The notes under the pieces were generated by a model, which worked only from the letters and a program-made list of their open reading frames with translations, ran no database searches and had not been told where the DNA came from. Below, in pieces: positions 1 to 12,525 of a DNA stretch of 64,000 nucleotides. The stretch's first letter is position 1, and each line of letters begins with the position of its first letter. A program made the position numbers and the translations under genes. The stretch is from Octopus vulgaris (Eukaryota): NCBI GenBank assembly GCA_951406725.2, contig OX597815.1, positions 133,548,001-133,612,000 of the forward strand, written 5' to 3'.

Positions 1-398
1 TCATCATCATTGTCATCATCACCATGGGTCATGAGGAGTTTGTCCAGGCAAATTTTTTACAGCTGGTTACCCTTCTTCTTGCCAACCCTCACCTGTTTTC
101 AAGCAAGATAATATTTTTCCATGGCTGGACATAGTTCCACAAAAGATTAGAAATAAACATCACTTGTATGATGATGACATGTGCTTACAAGTATTGTGTG
201 GTATCTAGACAAGGACATACAAGCACACACACATTCAAATACATGCTTTATGGGCTTCTTTCAGTTTTTGTCTAGCAAATCCACTCACAAGGCTTTAGTT
301 TGCCCTGGACTGTAAGTAGAAAACATCTGCCTAAGATGTTCTGTTGTGGGATTGAACCCCAAACCATGAGGGATGAAAGCAATCTTCTTAACCACACA
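1..398 (-). mobile_element. tRNA-derived SINE family A, RTE-like tail variant (A2)
   Basis: The reverse complement has the head 'tgtgtggttaagaag...gggttcaatcccac', the body 'aagccttgtgagtggatttg...aaactgaaagaagccc' and a (GAT)n tail, as in many other copies in the window. Confidence 0.8.
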
Positions 399-496
399 AT
401 TATGTACACACACACACACGTGCATACACATATGCATATTCTTTACCTTGAGTAGCAGAACAATGTTTTATGCCTACAGCACAAATGATGATGAAG

Positions 497-640
497 ATCA
501 TCATCATCATTCAACATCCATTTTCCATACTGGCATGAGTTGGACAGTTTGACTGAAAATTGGTAAATTGGGGAGCTGCGCCAGGTTCCAGTCTCATTTG
601 GCGTGGTTTCTACAGTTGGATGACCAACCACTCTAAGAGT
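497..640 (-). mobile_element. RTE-tail SINE/LINE 3' fragment (family D)
   Basis: (CAT)n followed by 'ttcaacatccattttccatactggcatgagttggacag', the reverse complement of the shared RTE-type 3' end. Confidence 0.75.
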
Positions 641-689
641 ATAGGACTATAAAATTAATGATTTCTAGAAGACTAGATGTTTGAGATGA

Positions 690-850
690 GGGGCTAGTTG
701 ATTATATCAGTCCCAATACTTGACTCGTGATTTATTTTATGAATCCTGGAGTGATGAAAGGAAAAGTTGAACAAGACAGAATTTGAACTCAGAATGTAAA
801 AAGGTCATAGCTAAATTACTGATAGGCATTTTGCTCTACCGATTCTGTTA
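690..850 (-). mobile_element. SINE family B (Meta-domain-like)
   Basis: 'gatgaaaggaaaagttgaac...gaatttgaactcagaatgtaaa' is the reverse complement of the family B core. Confidence 0.65.
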
Positions 851-1826
851 ATTTATATAATAAGCAATAACTTCCAGCTTTTCAACTTGTCCTTTTACTT
901 GCACTGGTTCTTGGTTCTCATTTTATTTCCTTGCTCTGACCACTTTTGAATTGATATAGGGTCTTCTTTTATGTTGGGGTGTGCAGGACAACAATCAGTA
1001 CCCTTTCCCCCACTCTATAGACAATAAACATGACTCAGAAGATATATATCCCATTATAATAGATTCTTCATTACACATTACCAATTTATTGACTAAACAA
1101 ATACATTATTTTCACTTGTGTGCATACTAGCAAATAAAATTAAAAACAAAGAAAAACACTTGTTCTCTGCAAGGGAGCTTTGTTCTTCAAGTTACATAGC
1201 TTTTCTTACAACTTTTTGTCTTTCTAGTCTTTCCCTCTGCCTTTCTTTTTCTTTCATTCTATATTTTATTTCCTTTGTTACTTTTTTGAAGTTCTTTCTT
1301 ATCTTTTAAAATGTCTTTTTCTTCTTTCTTCCTATCTTATTTCCGCTATTTCTCTCTCCTTCCATCTATCTGTCTCTGTCTTCCACTGTCCCTCTTTCTC
1401 TCCCTATGTTTACTGTAGGTTTTAGCTAACTGCCTTCCTCTCCACATTCCCTACAGTATTGTCACAGATTAGGCAGGCAGGCTAGCTATATAAGATAACT
1501 GAAATATTGATACAACAATACAGAAGACAAAACTGTTTGGTGGGTGAGGGACTGGGGAGTGGCGCAGGCGGCAAGTCTATTCATTTTGTTATTGTTTACT
1601 GTTTCACTAACAACAGAATTACTTATACGATGTAAGAATAAAGTGGAATACCTATAGATCTGTTACTTCGCATACACATACACACATTCTGTCTGTCTGT
1701 CTCTGTGTCTCTTTAAAAATCATACTGAAGCACACCTATAAAAACACATACTCAGACACATCAGTACGGATACTCATACAGAAATTTACACACCTGCATT
1801 TCTACATTCAGTATCGTACAGTTCTA

Positions 1827-2018
1827 CACGAGGAGGTGCTGAAAAGTTCCTGGCTTTAAGTGTGTCGCAAAAGGTCTGGTTGGAGGCCCAACCTTCTGAG
1901 TTCTTTTACAGGGCTTTGTGTGAATCTGAGAGGGCAATGTGTTCAATAAAATCATAATTAACTAATCGACCTGTATTTTCTTTTACCCAAAGCCATGAAC
2001 TTTTTAGCACCCCCTCAA
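1827..2018. mobile_element. Mariner-type MITE (~190 bp)
   Basis: Terminal inverted repeats 'gaggaggtgctgaaaagttcctggcttt' and 'aaagccatgaactttttagcaccccctc'; TA at the left flank; no ORF. Confidence 0.75.
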
Positions 2019-2089
2019 ATGTGTGTGTGTATTTATATTTGTGTGTATGTATGCACTCACGGATAAACGCGAACATAACAGGAAATGTG

Positions 2090-2700
2090 CCACTATGCAG
2101 TCACCTGACATGACAGGAATAACAGCAAAATGCCTCAAATGATTCACTCTCATGAAAAGGGATGGTTGCATAGGATAATGTAATTTCAGGTACACAATGC
2201 CTGTGACAAGGATGGGATTGTCATGGCAGGAACATATCTGTTCAGTCAGGATTGACGTGGGACCAAACGACAACAACATCCATTGTTTAGTCTAATAATT
2301 AAACTTATTTCCACATCAGACATAAAGGTCTCAGAGAGCTTTATAAAGTGGAAGTTGTGACATTCATTAGTCCCCCACTGTTATTAAGGAAGTTATATGA
2401 AATTGGATATCACTGGAATATTAGAATCAGTTTCTTTAGATTTTTAATTAGTTTTAGCCATCACATCTAAGGCCATACTATAGCATCACTTTTGATGCTG
2501 TGTACAGTATTGTTGTTGTTTAGCCCCAGGTCAACCCTAATTAGGCTTACAATTAAATGTGCTCCATTTTCAGTCATGCCAAATCTAGGACTACATTATC
2601 TAGTGTGTCCTTTTTTAAGACTGTTCAGTGTGATTTGAGGGAGATTTGACTGCTATTTCTTGCAGGTCAAGTAACAAAGTAGGGGTTCCCTTTGGTGGCT
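2090..2700. repeat. Two copies of short interspersed repeat family E in inverted orientation (~2090-2280 +, ~2510-2700 -)
   Basis: Motif 'tgtgatttgagggagatttg(g/a)ctgctatttct' or its reverse complement; also seen near 26660, 29960-30190, 52470 and 60140. Confidence 0.55.
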
Positions 2701-2734
2701 TGGTTTATTTTATTTCTTATTGTATTTCTGTGAA

Positions 2735-2993
2735 GGCACGTGGCTCAGTGGTTTGAGTGTCAAGTTCACAATCATGAGGTAGTGATTTCAATTCCTGTAT
2801 CAGGTTGTGTGTTGTGTTCTTGAGCTGCATTGGCCTTTGCTTTTCCCTGGGATAACATTGGTGGTGTGAAGTGGGGAGGCTGGTATGCATGGGTGCCTGC
2901 TGGTCTTCCATAAATAACCTTGCCCAGACTTGTACCTTGGCGGGTAACTTTCTAGGTGCAATCCTATGGTCATTCATGACCGAAGGGGGTCTT
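2735..2993 (+). mobile_element. tRNA-derived SINE family C (internally deleted)
   Basis: A-box 'tggctcagtgg', B-box-like 'tttcaattcc', 3' end 'cattcatgaccgaagggggtctt'; near-identical to the copy at 6225. Confidence 0.85.
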
Positions 2994-3904
2994 CTCCTCC
3001 TCTTGAATTAAATAGTTCCCAATGTTGAGATTGAACTTACTAATTCACTGCTTATACTTAATACATCATTTACCTCATTCTTTTGGAATGTCTGTTCAGC
3101 ATTCAATGTATGATACTTCCTTCTTTCTCTCTGAAGCCCTAATGACTCATAATGTTTCTTTAATAGATATATAAATTTCCATTAAAACCTGTTCTTGAGG
3201 AGTGGTAGACAAATCCATTGTCTGATTTAATGCTAACAGCTGAGCCTTGATAAACCACTAGCAGAGACCACTCTGTTGCAAGCTTTTGGCCCTGGTAAAT
3301 TCCTCCCTTCCTCCCTACTAGTCTTGAAGACCTTGAAAAGTGTCCTTCCTTTTTTGAATAAGTAATAATGGAAAAAGAAAAACTGTCTGTCAGTCAGTTT
3401 CTGTCTCTAGTTGCCTGCTGCATGCCCCCACCATCTCTCTCTCTCTCTTTCTTTCTCTGTGTTACAAGCTACCTTAATAAATTGACTGGTATCTAATTAA
3501 GTATAGTTAAATACTCTCTCAAATGACCTCATGCATTGCCCAGAAGCAGTAGACAATATTTCAGGATGTCAATCTGGAATAACATTACTTCCTGTTTCAG
3601 AAAGCATTTTTGTTTTATTTTTCAGGTTTTCTTAAAAGCCACACTTTTTTTCTTTTTATGCAGCATCTGTATGGCAGTTATTAGTATCAAAGTGCAGGAG
3701 CATTACTTTTAGGTAGAATTTAATTTTAAAAGTTTTAAGAAATGTGGAATTAGAAGTGGTGGCATTCATGTTTTTTTCTTTCTTTTTAATTTTATAAAAC
3801 AATCTAGCTGAAAAAGATAAGTGGCTACAAATGGGAATTGAAGCCTGATTACAAGCTTTATTTATTGGAAGATTCTTAGTGTTATACAAGCCAATGACAT
3901 TGCC

Positions 3905-3905
3905 C

Positions 3906-3950
<45 letters not shown>
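3905..3950. repeat. (TG)n microsatellite
   Basis: Directly visible. Confidence 0.95.
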
Positions 3951-3954
<4 letters not shown>

Positions 3955-3956
<2 letters not shown>

Positions 3957-4270
3957 CATCATTTGACATCCATGTTCCATGCTGGTATGGGTTGGACAAT
4001 TTAACTGGAGCTGATGAGTCCAAGGACTGCACTATGCTCCAGTGTCCACTTTGGTATGGTTTCTATAGCTGGTTGTCATTCCTAATGCCAACAGTTTTAC
4101 AGTGTGTACTGGGTGTTTCATTCATGCCACCAGCACTGTTGAGATTGCCATGCAGCTTGCAAGACTATGACACTGGAACACTTGAAGGTACAGCTTTATG
4201 GGGTGTAAAAATATGAAGCAAGGAGCCAGAATATAGTGAGTTCTCTTGTAGAGGAGCTGCATGACTATTT
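3955..4270 (-). mobile_element. RTE-tail element (family D)
   Basis: 'ttccatgctggtatgggttggac...cctaatgccaac...ttacagtgtgtactgggtg'. Confidence 0.75.
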
Positions 4271-5019
4271 ACATTTACACACACATATGCATGCATGCAC
4301 ACGCACGCGTACACACAATTGTTACTATCATAAAAGTGTCAAATAAAATGTCTTACAGTATTTGTTTTTTTCTCTTTGTGTGCTGGGTTCAAATCCTGCT
4401 TGGCTTGGATCAGCTTTCATCTTTTCATCCTTCAGAATTGATAAAAAAAAAAAAAGGAAGAATGTATTAGTCCAAGGCAGTGGATTGGTGGGATGTTAGG
4501 GCACCAGTTGAAATATATTGTAATACCTGTTTCAGCTCTGTATGTCCTGCGTTCAAATCGAGCCTCTTTACATAAGCGCAGACATAGTTGTGTGGTTATG
4601 AAGCTCACTTTGCAACCATATGGTATTGGGTTCAGTCCCACTGTCTTCTACTATAGACTCAGGCTAACCAATTCTATGTTGTCAGAAAAAAAATTCAAAC
4701 CTTTTGAAGCCTGGCAAACATAGGACATTGGATCAGGCTTTTAAACAAGTTTTGAAGTATTTCAGCTGATCATTCAACAGGCCAGCATACCTACTGTCTG
4801 GAGAAAATGTAAGGTGATGAACATAATATAGGAATGAGAGAGAGGTGAATGAGTGGGAAGATGCTTGATTGGAAGTAACACAAAACCCAGTTCTAAGGAA
4901 CAAAGGTAGTTGTTGTAGTAGTAGAAAAGGAAGAGTGAGAAGACAGCACTAGTAATGTATACTGGGATTTGCAGAATCCTCCATTAATCTGTTGTAATAT
5001 TTTTTTTTTAAAGCTTGTT

Positions 5020-5080
5020 ACTTATTCTATCAATCTTTCTTGCCTGAACTGCTAAATTATAGGGGAATACACATGCACGT

Positions 5081-5130
<50 letters not shown>

Positions 5131-5282
5131 GGTTTTGATATAGTTCCTGCCTACCAGATGCAGCCATAAGGCATTGGTCAGCCCAACTCTATGGTAAAAG
5201 ACACTTGCCCTTGCACAGTGGAACTGAACCCAAAACCATGTGGTTTCAAAGCAAGCTTCTTAACCACACAACCATGCCTGCA
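5020..5282 (-). mobile_element. SINE family A with internal (CA)n
   Basis: 'gacacttgcc...cagtggaactgaaccc...cttaaccacacaaccatgcctgca'. Confidence 0.75.
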
Positions 5283-5502
5283 TCTATGTAAAGCACATTT
5301 TAATAAATTAATTAGATATGAATTTCATCATTTTAAGATGAATGATTAATTTTGAGATTCAAACATGAATAGTTCCTATCACCAAATTATCTCTCCTCAT
5401 GTCCTATACATGTCTATCTTTTAACCCTGTTTCTGCAATCTACTGAAACATGTCATTTCTCTTCTTCTGCTGTCAACCATATCTTTCTTACTCCCCTTGG
5501 AT

Positions 5503-5832
5503 CCTCAACCATTTTTTATCTATGGACTCTTTTGGTACTATTTCATTCTGGTGGACTCCTATAGCCATTTGATGTTTAAAACTAGTTTTATAGAGTGTTA
5601 TTTATTAATGTTTTCACATATTAATTTGTGTAGATTGAATTATGTAAAATGTTGAAGAAAGAACCTTAGCTGTTTCTTGCAATACATACCGATACATACA
5701 CCTAAAGCAAAATTTTTTCAGAGGCCCTTAAAATACTATTGTGGATCCCCAATTTACTATTTTGTTGTGTAGACTCCCAAAAATTTTATATAAACCCTTA
5801 GGGGCTAAATGAACCCTGGTTGAGAATCACTG
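5503..5832. mobile_element. hAT/Charlie-like MITE
   Basis: Right TIR 'gttgagaatcactg'; body matches the copy at 55992-56319. Confidence 0.7.
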
Positions 5833-5834
5833 CT

Positions 5835-6690
5835 CTAGCCTTTCCAACTCATGGACCCTCAACTCTTCCCAATCTTTACAGACGTTGCCTACCTACCTTG
5901 CTTTCTCCTACTTCCCCTATCTCTTCTTCCATATTCTCTTGCAGACCTCCACTCACTACTACTACTCCTATCTGAGGTGCCACCTAGTCACCTCATCAGC
6001 ACTATTTATCTCTTTGGAGACACCATCAGCTCATTCTCACTCTCTCTTCTACATGTGAGGAGCCATGTAGCTCCTCTACAACAAGAACCTGCTCTACCCC
6101 AACCTCTTCCTTTGTACTTTAACTCCTATCTAACATAAGAATATAACACCCCCGCATCCTCAGGTTTGTAGACTTTGTGAGCTACATGGTAACCTCAGTA
6201 GAGCTGGTGGCATGAAAAAGCATAGGCACATGGCTCAGTGGTTAGAGTTTTATGCTCGCAATCAAGAGGTGGTGAGTTCAATTCCTGAACCAGGCCATGT
6301 GTTGTGTTCTTGAGCAAGACACTTTATTTCATGTTGCTCCAGTTCACTCAGCTCTAGAAATGAGTTGAGGCATCACTTGTACCAAGCTGTATTGACCTTT
6401 GCCTTTCCCTGGGATAACACTGGTGGCATGGAGAGGGGAGGCTGGTATGCATGGGTGACTGCTGGTCTTCCATAAACAACCTTGCCCAGACTTGTACCTT
6501 GGAGGGTAACTTTCTAGGTGCCATCCCATGGTCATTCATGACTGAAGGGGGTCTTTACACAGTACAAGATGGTTGGCATTAGCAAAGACACCCAACCTTA
6601 AAAACCTTATCAAAGCAAACACTGGAGAATAATGCAGTCCTTAGAATCATTGGATTCTTGTCAATGGATGTTAAATGATGATGATGAAAA
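5835..6690 (+). mobile_element. Long RTE-tail element (family D) interrupted by a family C SINE
   Basis: 'gtgaggagccatgtagctcctctacaacaagaacctg' is also at ~51355; the element resumes after 6557 and ends in 'ggatgttaaatgatgatgatg'. Confidence 0.65.
6225..6557 (+). mobile_element. tRNA-derived SINE family C, full length
   Basis: A-box 'tggctcagtgg', B-box 'gttcaattcc', central 'tgttcttgagcaagacactttatttc...ccagttcactcagc'. Confidence 0.85.
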
Positions 6691-7893
6691 TCCCTCATCT
6701 CGCAATTTTTGTATTTGCAGTCAAGGTTAGCGTTCGGGAAACTGGGCCTCACAGGAAAGATAAATAATAAAGGACTGAGATGATAGCTATTATTAAAAGT
6801 GAGTGCTGGGGTTGATTTGCTGGAGTACCCTTCAAGGCAGTGCTCCGGCATGGGCTTCGTCTCATGACTGAAATAAGTAAAAGGTAAAACAGGTAGTGTA
6901 CCTAGTACCACATTGTATAGTTATCTGATGTATCCTTTCTCTCTCTTTCTCTCTCTCTCAGATGGTAGGGTAAAATTTGAAGGGAATTTTGGCTTCTAGA
7001 AATAACATGTTGAGGAACTAGAAAATAACAGGACCAAGATGGTTAGCAATAAATATGCTGCATGTCAGACATGTCCCCCATGGAAAAAATATTGAGGTTA
7101 ATACAACGATGATGATTATGATGTTTATGATGATATTTCAAGACACTTCCTCTTGAATAGTATGAGATGAAAAATAGTTATTTGCTTGGACAGTAAGTCA
7201 ACATTGAAAACAAATTTTATAAATTGTTTCACTGGGTGGGAAATATTAGCAAGCTTGGACTTTTAATCTAGACACTATTTTCTTGGTGGAAGTTAGCATA
7301 GAACTAGTAGTGGTTAAGTAATAAGAAGACTGAATTGACAAATTGTGTGTGTGAAATTACATTAAGAAAGCTATTTCTACCAAATTTTAAAAACAAAAAT
7401 ATAAATCTCTTCCTTCTACAATCGTTATTCATAATATTTCTTTTTGATAAAATGAAATTTTAAACATATTTCTTATTTATAGAATTGTCAACTTTTAATG
7501 TTTAAACTAACCTTGTGTGTGTGTTACAAGTTACCAAACCTGTTTAGCTCGTTTCTCTTACTGTGATAAGATCAATGATTTCAAGGAATAAAATGAAAAA
7601 AAACCTCTACATATTTGTAATACAGTGTTTAAAATTGTTTGTCTAAGTAAAGAGTATGGCAGTAAAATATCTTGTGGTTTTCTATAGTGTATCCTATAAA
7701 TCAAAGGCATTATTGTGATACTGCTTTATATACTGTTGCAATATCCTTATATACGTGTGTGTGTGTGTGTATTTGTTGATGGTTAACAAGATGACTGATG
7801 TGATAAAAATGAAATTAGGGGTAATTGATCTGACAGTGATGATGAGGTTTATGTGAGGAACACGAATAAGTCATACATCCAGTATCATAGCAT

Positions 7894-7988
7894 TTAACCC
7901 TTTAGCGTTTAAACTGGCCATATCTGGCCAAAATATTCTACCCATTTTATGTTCAAACTGGCTAGACCTGTCCTCTCACACCTACATA
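7894..7988. mobile_element. piggyBac-type MITE, partial
   Basis: Begins TTAA-CCCTTTAGC; body shared with copies at 26420, 31594, 39830, 40507, 55251 and 56772. Confidence 0.65.
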
Positions 7989-8492
7989 ACGCCCCCCCCC
8001 CAACCTCACAACCAATTCCTATCCCAATACAAACTGGAACTTACTAAATTATCTCAAACTCTCCACTTACAATCCTCTATCAGCTACAGTTAAGAATCTA
8101 CCTTGGAAAAAGAGGAGGGTAACAGCCATATGTTGAAATGCAACAATTCAGAATTGTGTCTCAGTTGTGGACTAGACATAGGGTTGTTATCTCCACCAAC
8201 AGTTGCCTTCACCATTGTGAGTTCACATAGTTCCCTCTAGAGGAAGGGCAGGTACAGTAACACTCCTCCCCCTCATTCACCAACAGCACACCGGACCCAC
8301 TCTGGTTGGAAGGGCATCCAACCATGGGAACCATGCCACCACTACGAAGATCTGGTCACCGTCCAGCATCTGTTTCTCCTCAACAAGCCATCATGGGCCC
8401 TGTCATCTATATTCTTTGGTTCTCACCATGTTGCAGCCTATCCTACAACCTGTATTGGACCAGGACAGTGATGAATGATATGGCAACCTACA

Positions 8493-8494
<2 letters not shown>

Positions 8495-8545
<51 letters not shown>
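8495..8545. repeat. (TA)n microsatellite
   Basis: Directly visible. Confidence 0.95.
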
Positions 8546-8547
<2 letters not shown>

Positions 8548-8966
8548 AAATCGATCAACATCAATGGAAATTGTAGCTGTGATACCAGTGCCAGTGGCAC
8601 ATAAGTGAACCATCCGAACGTGGCTGTTGCCAGCTCCACCCCGACTGGCTTCTGTGCCGGTGGCACATAAAAAGCACCATCCAATTGTGGTCATTGCCAG
8701 CCTTGCCTGGGCTCCATGCCGGTGGCACGTAAAAAGCACCATCCGATTGTGGCTATCTGCCAGCCTCGTCTGGCACCTGTGCCGGTGGCACATAAAAAGC
8801 ACCCACTACACTCATGGAATGGTTGGTGTTAGGAAGGGCATCCAGCCGTAGAAACATTGCCAGATCAGACTGGGCCTGGTGTAGCCTTCTGGCTTCCCAG
8901 ACCCCAGTTGCACCGTCCAACCCATGCCAGCATGGAAAGCGGACACTAAACGATGATGATGATGAT
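8545..8966 (+). mobile_element. Young RTE 3'-UTR-derived element with internal ~60-bp tandem units
   Basis: Repeated 'gccggtggcac(a/g)taaaaagcacc' units, then 'ccaacccatgccagcatggaaagcggacactaaacgatgatg'; CpGs retained. Confidence 0.85.
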
Positions 8967-9209
8967 CATCATCATCATCATCACAGGGAACATCAGTTTT
9001 CCCTGCTGGTATGGGTTGGATGATTTGACAAGATCCAGTCAGCTACAGAACAGTACTGAATTCTGGGGTTTGCTTTGGCATGGTTTCTATGGCTGGATGC
9101 CCTTCCTAATGTGACATGTACACACACACATAGCTAACTATTAATAGGCATGAAACTGTGGAATTGTCACATAAAATCTCTTCATAGGCTTGCTATGTTA
9201 GAAACCTAT

Positions 9210-9253
<44 letters not shown>

Positions 9254-9256
<3 letters not shown>

Positions 9257-9640
9257 TCATCATCATCATCGTTTAACGTCCGTTCTCCATGCTAGCATGG
9301 GTTGGACGGTTCGACCAGGGATCTGGGAAGCCAGAAGGCTGCACCAGGCTCCAGTCTGATCTGGCAGTGTTTCTACAGCTGGATGCCCTTCCTAACGCCA
9401 ACCACTCCATGAGTGTAGTGGGTGCTTTTTACATGCCACCAGCACGGAGGCCAGGTGAGGCTGGCAACAGCCATGATCGGTTTGGTGCTTTTTATGTGCC
9501 ACTGGCACGGAAGGCGGCGCTGGCATCGGCCACGTTCAGATGGTGCTTTTTACGTGCCACCGGCACAGGGATCACAACTGCAGTTTCCATTGATTTTTGA
9601 TGTTGGTGTACTTGACTCAATGGATCTTCTCAAGCACAGG
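9254..9640 (-). mobile_element. Young RTE 3'-UTR-derived element, inverted relative to 8545-8966
   Basis: 'catcatcgtttaacgtccgttctccatgctagcatgggttggacgg' and repeated 'ggtgctttt(t)a(c/t)gtgccac'. Confidence 0.85.
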
Positions 9641-9684
9641 ATCATATATCAGAGTATGATGAATATTATTACTGCAGTGACTTG

Positions 9685-10050
9685 CAACAATAACAGCTCT
9701 TTTGAGAGGTTACACTTTCCGCTTATGATGTTGTGAGCGAGAATGAGATCACCACGGCGTCGTCGTTTTTTGAGAGAATAAAGGTTGAGCGTCTTCAGCC
9801 TTTCTTCATAAGACAATTGCTTGAGACCAAGAACCAAGCAGGTAGCCAGCTTCTGGACTCTTTCGAGATGATGTATGTCTTTGAGGAGATAAGGAGAAGA
9901 GGCTTGAATCCCGTACCCCAATATGGGTCTCACCAGTGTGACATAGAGCAGTAGGAATACGGCTGCTGTGAGCATTCCGAATGACTGTCGAATCAAAAAC
10001 AGAACTCCACGTGCTTTGTTGGCAGCATCGACACATTGGGCCGAAGGCGA
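9685..10050 (-). mobile_element. CR1-clade LINE ORF2 C-terminal fragment
   Basis: ORF 9649..9996 reads LYVTLVRPILGYG...LERVQKLAT...LSYEERLKTLNLYSLKKRRRRGDLI, the typical CR1 post-RT region. Confidence 0.85.
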
Positions 10051-10149
10051 AAAGGAAACAGCATAAAATATTCATCAGAATTATAGAAGCTTGTTGGATT
10101 GTAAAAAAAAATTTGGTATACACAAATGTAATAGTATTAAATTAAAAGC

Positions 10150-10790
10150 ATTATCTATGTATCATATTAAATATCTGTGCACTGTTAGAAAGCATAATGC
10201 TGTGGATGATGTTGATCTTGCTTTGATGTATATTGTGTGACTGGTAGCAGCCAGTTAGTGCCACCAGTCAAAGTATTTAGATTGGAATCTGATAACAGAG
10301 ATCTAGTTTTGTAGTCAGTTCAGTGTTACCTCACTTTCCAGTGTTTCATGATGATGAAAAGAAAATTACTTCAAAATGTATACATCCATCAGTTCAAACC
10401 GCACTGGTGTGTTTACACCTTTTTGTCGACAGTATGAATTTTTCTCCATGACAAAATGTAGTGAATGACTCTTACAGATTTGAATATGTCTCAGACATAT
10501 TTGAATTGGTAACAAGTTCATAGGAAAGAATCGCAAGATGGATTCTTCAAGCCAAGCCAACAAGTAGGAGACTTGTGGGTGGCCAAGAATGAGATGTCTG
10601 AATATGCATAGTCTCAGTTGGTTGCTCTTGGGAATCCAGCTGGAAAATCTAATGATGGTTGCCCTATGGGGCAGATGCTTGAAGACCCTACTGTCACAAG
10701 ATTCCTCAGGAATAGTAGGCAAAGATGGATGAACCCTCATATTTCCAATGAAGTACACTGCCTGTGTGATTCAATGAATTTTGAAAGCAG
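10150..10790 (-). mobile_element. Possible highly decayed Penelope-like RT relic
   Basis: Weak frame-broken motifs only (e.g. FELMDVYILK*FSF resembling L-x-EL-xxx-IL-xxN-xF). Confidence 0.3.
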
Positions 10791-11257
10791 ATAAGAATTT
10801 TGAGATGTTTCATAAAATAAACATGCAAAACACTTGTGCTTATCCTGCTATCATACTTTAACCTCTTACAACTAGTATGAAGCTACTTCTTTCTCTCTCA
10901 AATACAACCACTCAGTTGCGGGTGCTTTTGCTTTTTTTGTCTTGCAAGTTACTTCCCAACCTCACAAATGCTGGTGGCAGGAAAAAACACACAGTACACA
11001 CTGTAAAGTAGTTGGTACTCAGAAGGGCATCTGACTATAGGAACCATGTCAAAGCTGGTATTGGACACAGTCCTACAGCTCATTGGGTCCTATCAAACAC
11101 ATCCAACAGATGCCAGCATGGAAAACATAATAGATGATGTTGATAATACAAAGAACATAGTTTAACAAAAGTCTCTCTCTTCAAGTTACCTTAAAAGGTT
11201 AAAACAAGATTGTATATAACAGAATGAAGAGTAGCCTCATGTTGGTTAATATCAAAA

Positions 11258-11298
<41 letters not shown>

Positions 11299-12307
11299 CA
11301 CTTATTTGACAAGGATTTGATCTGATAGCTGTAATGACTAAAACAAATGCACCACGTTCGGATAGTGCTTTTTACATGCCACTGGCATGGGGACCCAGTC
11401 ATATGATAAAACAATGTGATGACCAATAACATATCTAATTACAATATAATAAGTAAAAGTGTATATAACAGTGTGTATATTTTAATGGCTACCGTGACTG
11501 TATCACAATGCAATTATTATATAATATAAAATGGAATGCCATATTGCATGAGTATCAAATATTTCTCTTTACGGAATCATATTTATTGTTTATAACATAA
11601 AATGATATTCTTCAAGTGAGCAATGCACACAGTATCTTCTATATATTTCTATTTAGTTAATAATTACTAGTTTTACACCAGTGATGTTACAATATGGATT
11701 GGTTGTTTGTAATAATTTGCGACTGTAAATTGGGTAGTAACTGTACTTCTGCTTAAAGAAGTACAGTTACTACTCAGTTGCTACAAGCAAATGAAATAGT
11801 TTACTGTTAAGTGTGGATAAATTCTTACTTAACGTGTTTAAAATCTCCTCCACAAACAAAACCCCAGATAAAGGAATTTATAGAACAGAACAAACACTAA
11901 TCAGTAACAAATATTGTAATAAACCACTGGTTCAAAGCATAAAGCAAAAATATAGGAAAATACATAGAGCAATTTTACATCTATTTTTCCTTACTTGCAT
12001 GGGTTGGATGGGTCTCAAGTATAGCATTTCCTTACTTATTGTATTGTTTTGTTATTTTCTTTCTAAGGGTCAGCTCCCTGAGATCAGCCCTCACCATTTT
12101 TTCCCTTTTTAATTTTTTGGGTCCTGCTCTTGTACATTTTCTTTGCTCTTGAGTCATTTGGCACTTCTTTCTTTATTTGGGTGTCATTCTCCATATGCAT
12201 GACACGTCCATTTCAACTCAGTTTTTTCTCTTCTTATGCTTATTGTATCTGATTCCTCTTATGCTTACTTTTTTGTTCAGCTCCTTTGTTTGCTATCATT
12301 CATGCAT

Positions 12308-12525
12308 ATTGGTTTCAAATTTTGACTCAAGGCCAGCAATTTCAGTGGGGGAAGTGGTTTAGTTGATTACAGCGACTCCATTGCTCAACTAGTACTTATC
12401 TTAATGACCCTGAAAGGATGAAAAGCAAAGTCAACCTATAAGAAATTTGAACTCAGAATGTAAAGACAGACAAAATACTGCTAAGCATTTGCCTGCTGTG
12501 CTAATGATTCTGCCAGCTCATTGCC
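12308..12525 (-). mobile_element. SINE family B (Meta-domain-like)
   Basis: 'gaccctgaaaggatgaaaagcaaagtcaacc...atttgaactcagaatgtaaagacagac...gattctgccagctca'. Confidence 0.8.

Noticed and set aside
1419-1543. Possible exon between a pyrimidine tract/AG and 'gtgagg'
   Set aside because: Weak donor, no clear reading frame, and the upstream pyrimidine tract is generic low-complexity sequence.
4011-4030. 'ctgatgagtccaaggac' resembling a hammerhead core and stem II
   Set aside because: No GAAA follows, and it lies in the antisense of a family D tail where the motif is not conserved among copies.
6225-6300. tRNA-like A/B boxes (also at 2735)
   Set aside because: These are SINE heads that continue into SINE body; no complete cloverleaf.
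8580-8810. Regularly spaced 'gtggcac.taaaaagcacc' repeats resembling a CRISPR array (also at 9420-9570 and 59385-59605)
   Set aside because: The 'spacers' resemble each other, the units lie in an RTE 3' UTR, no cas genes are present and the DNA is eukaryotic.
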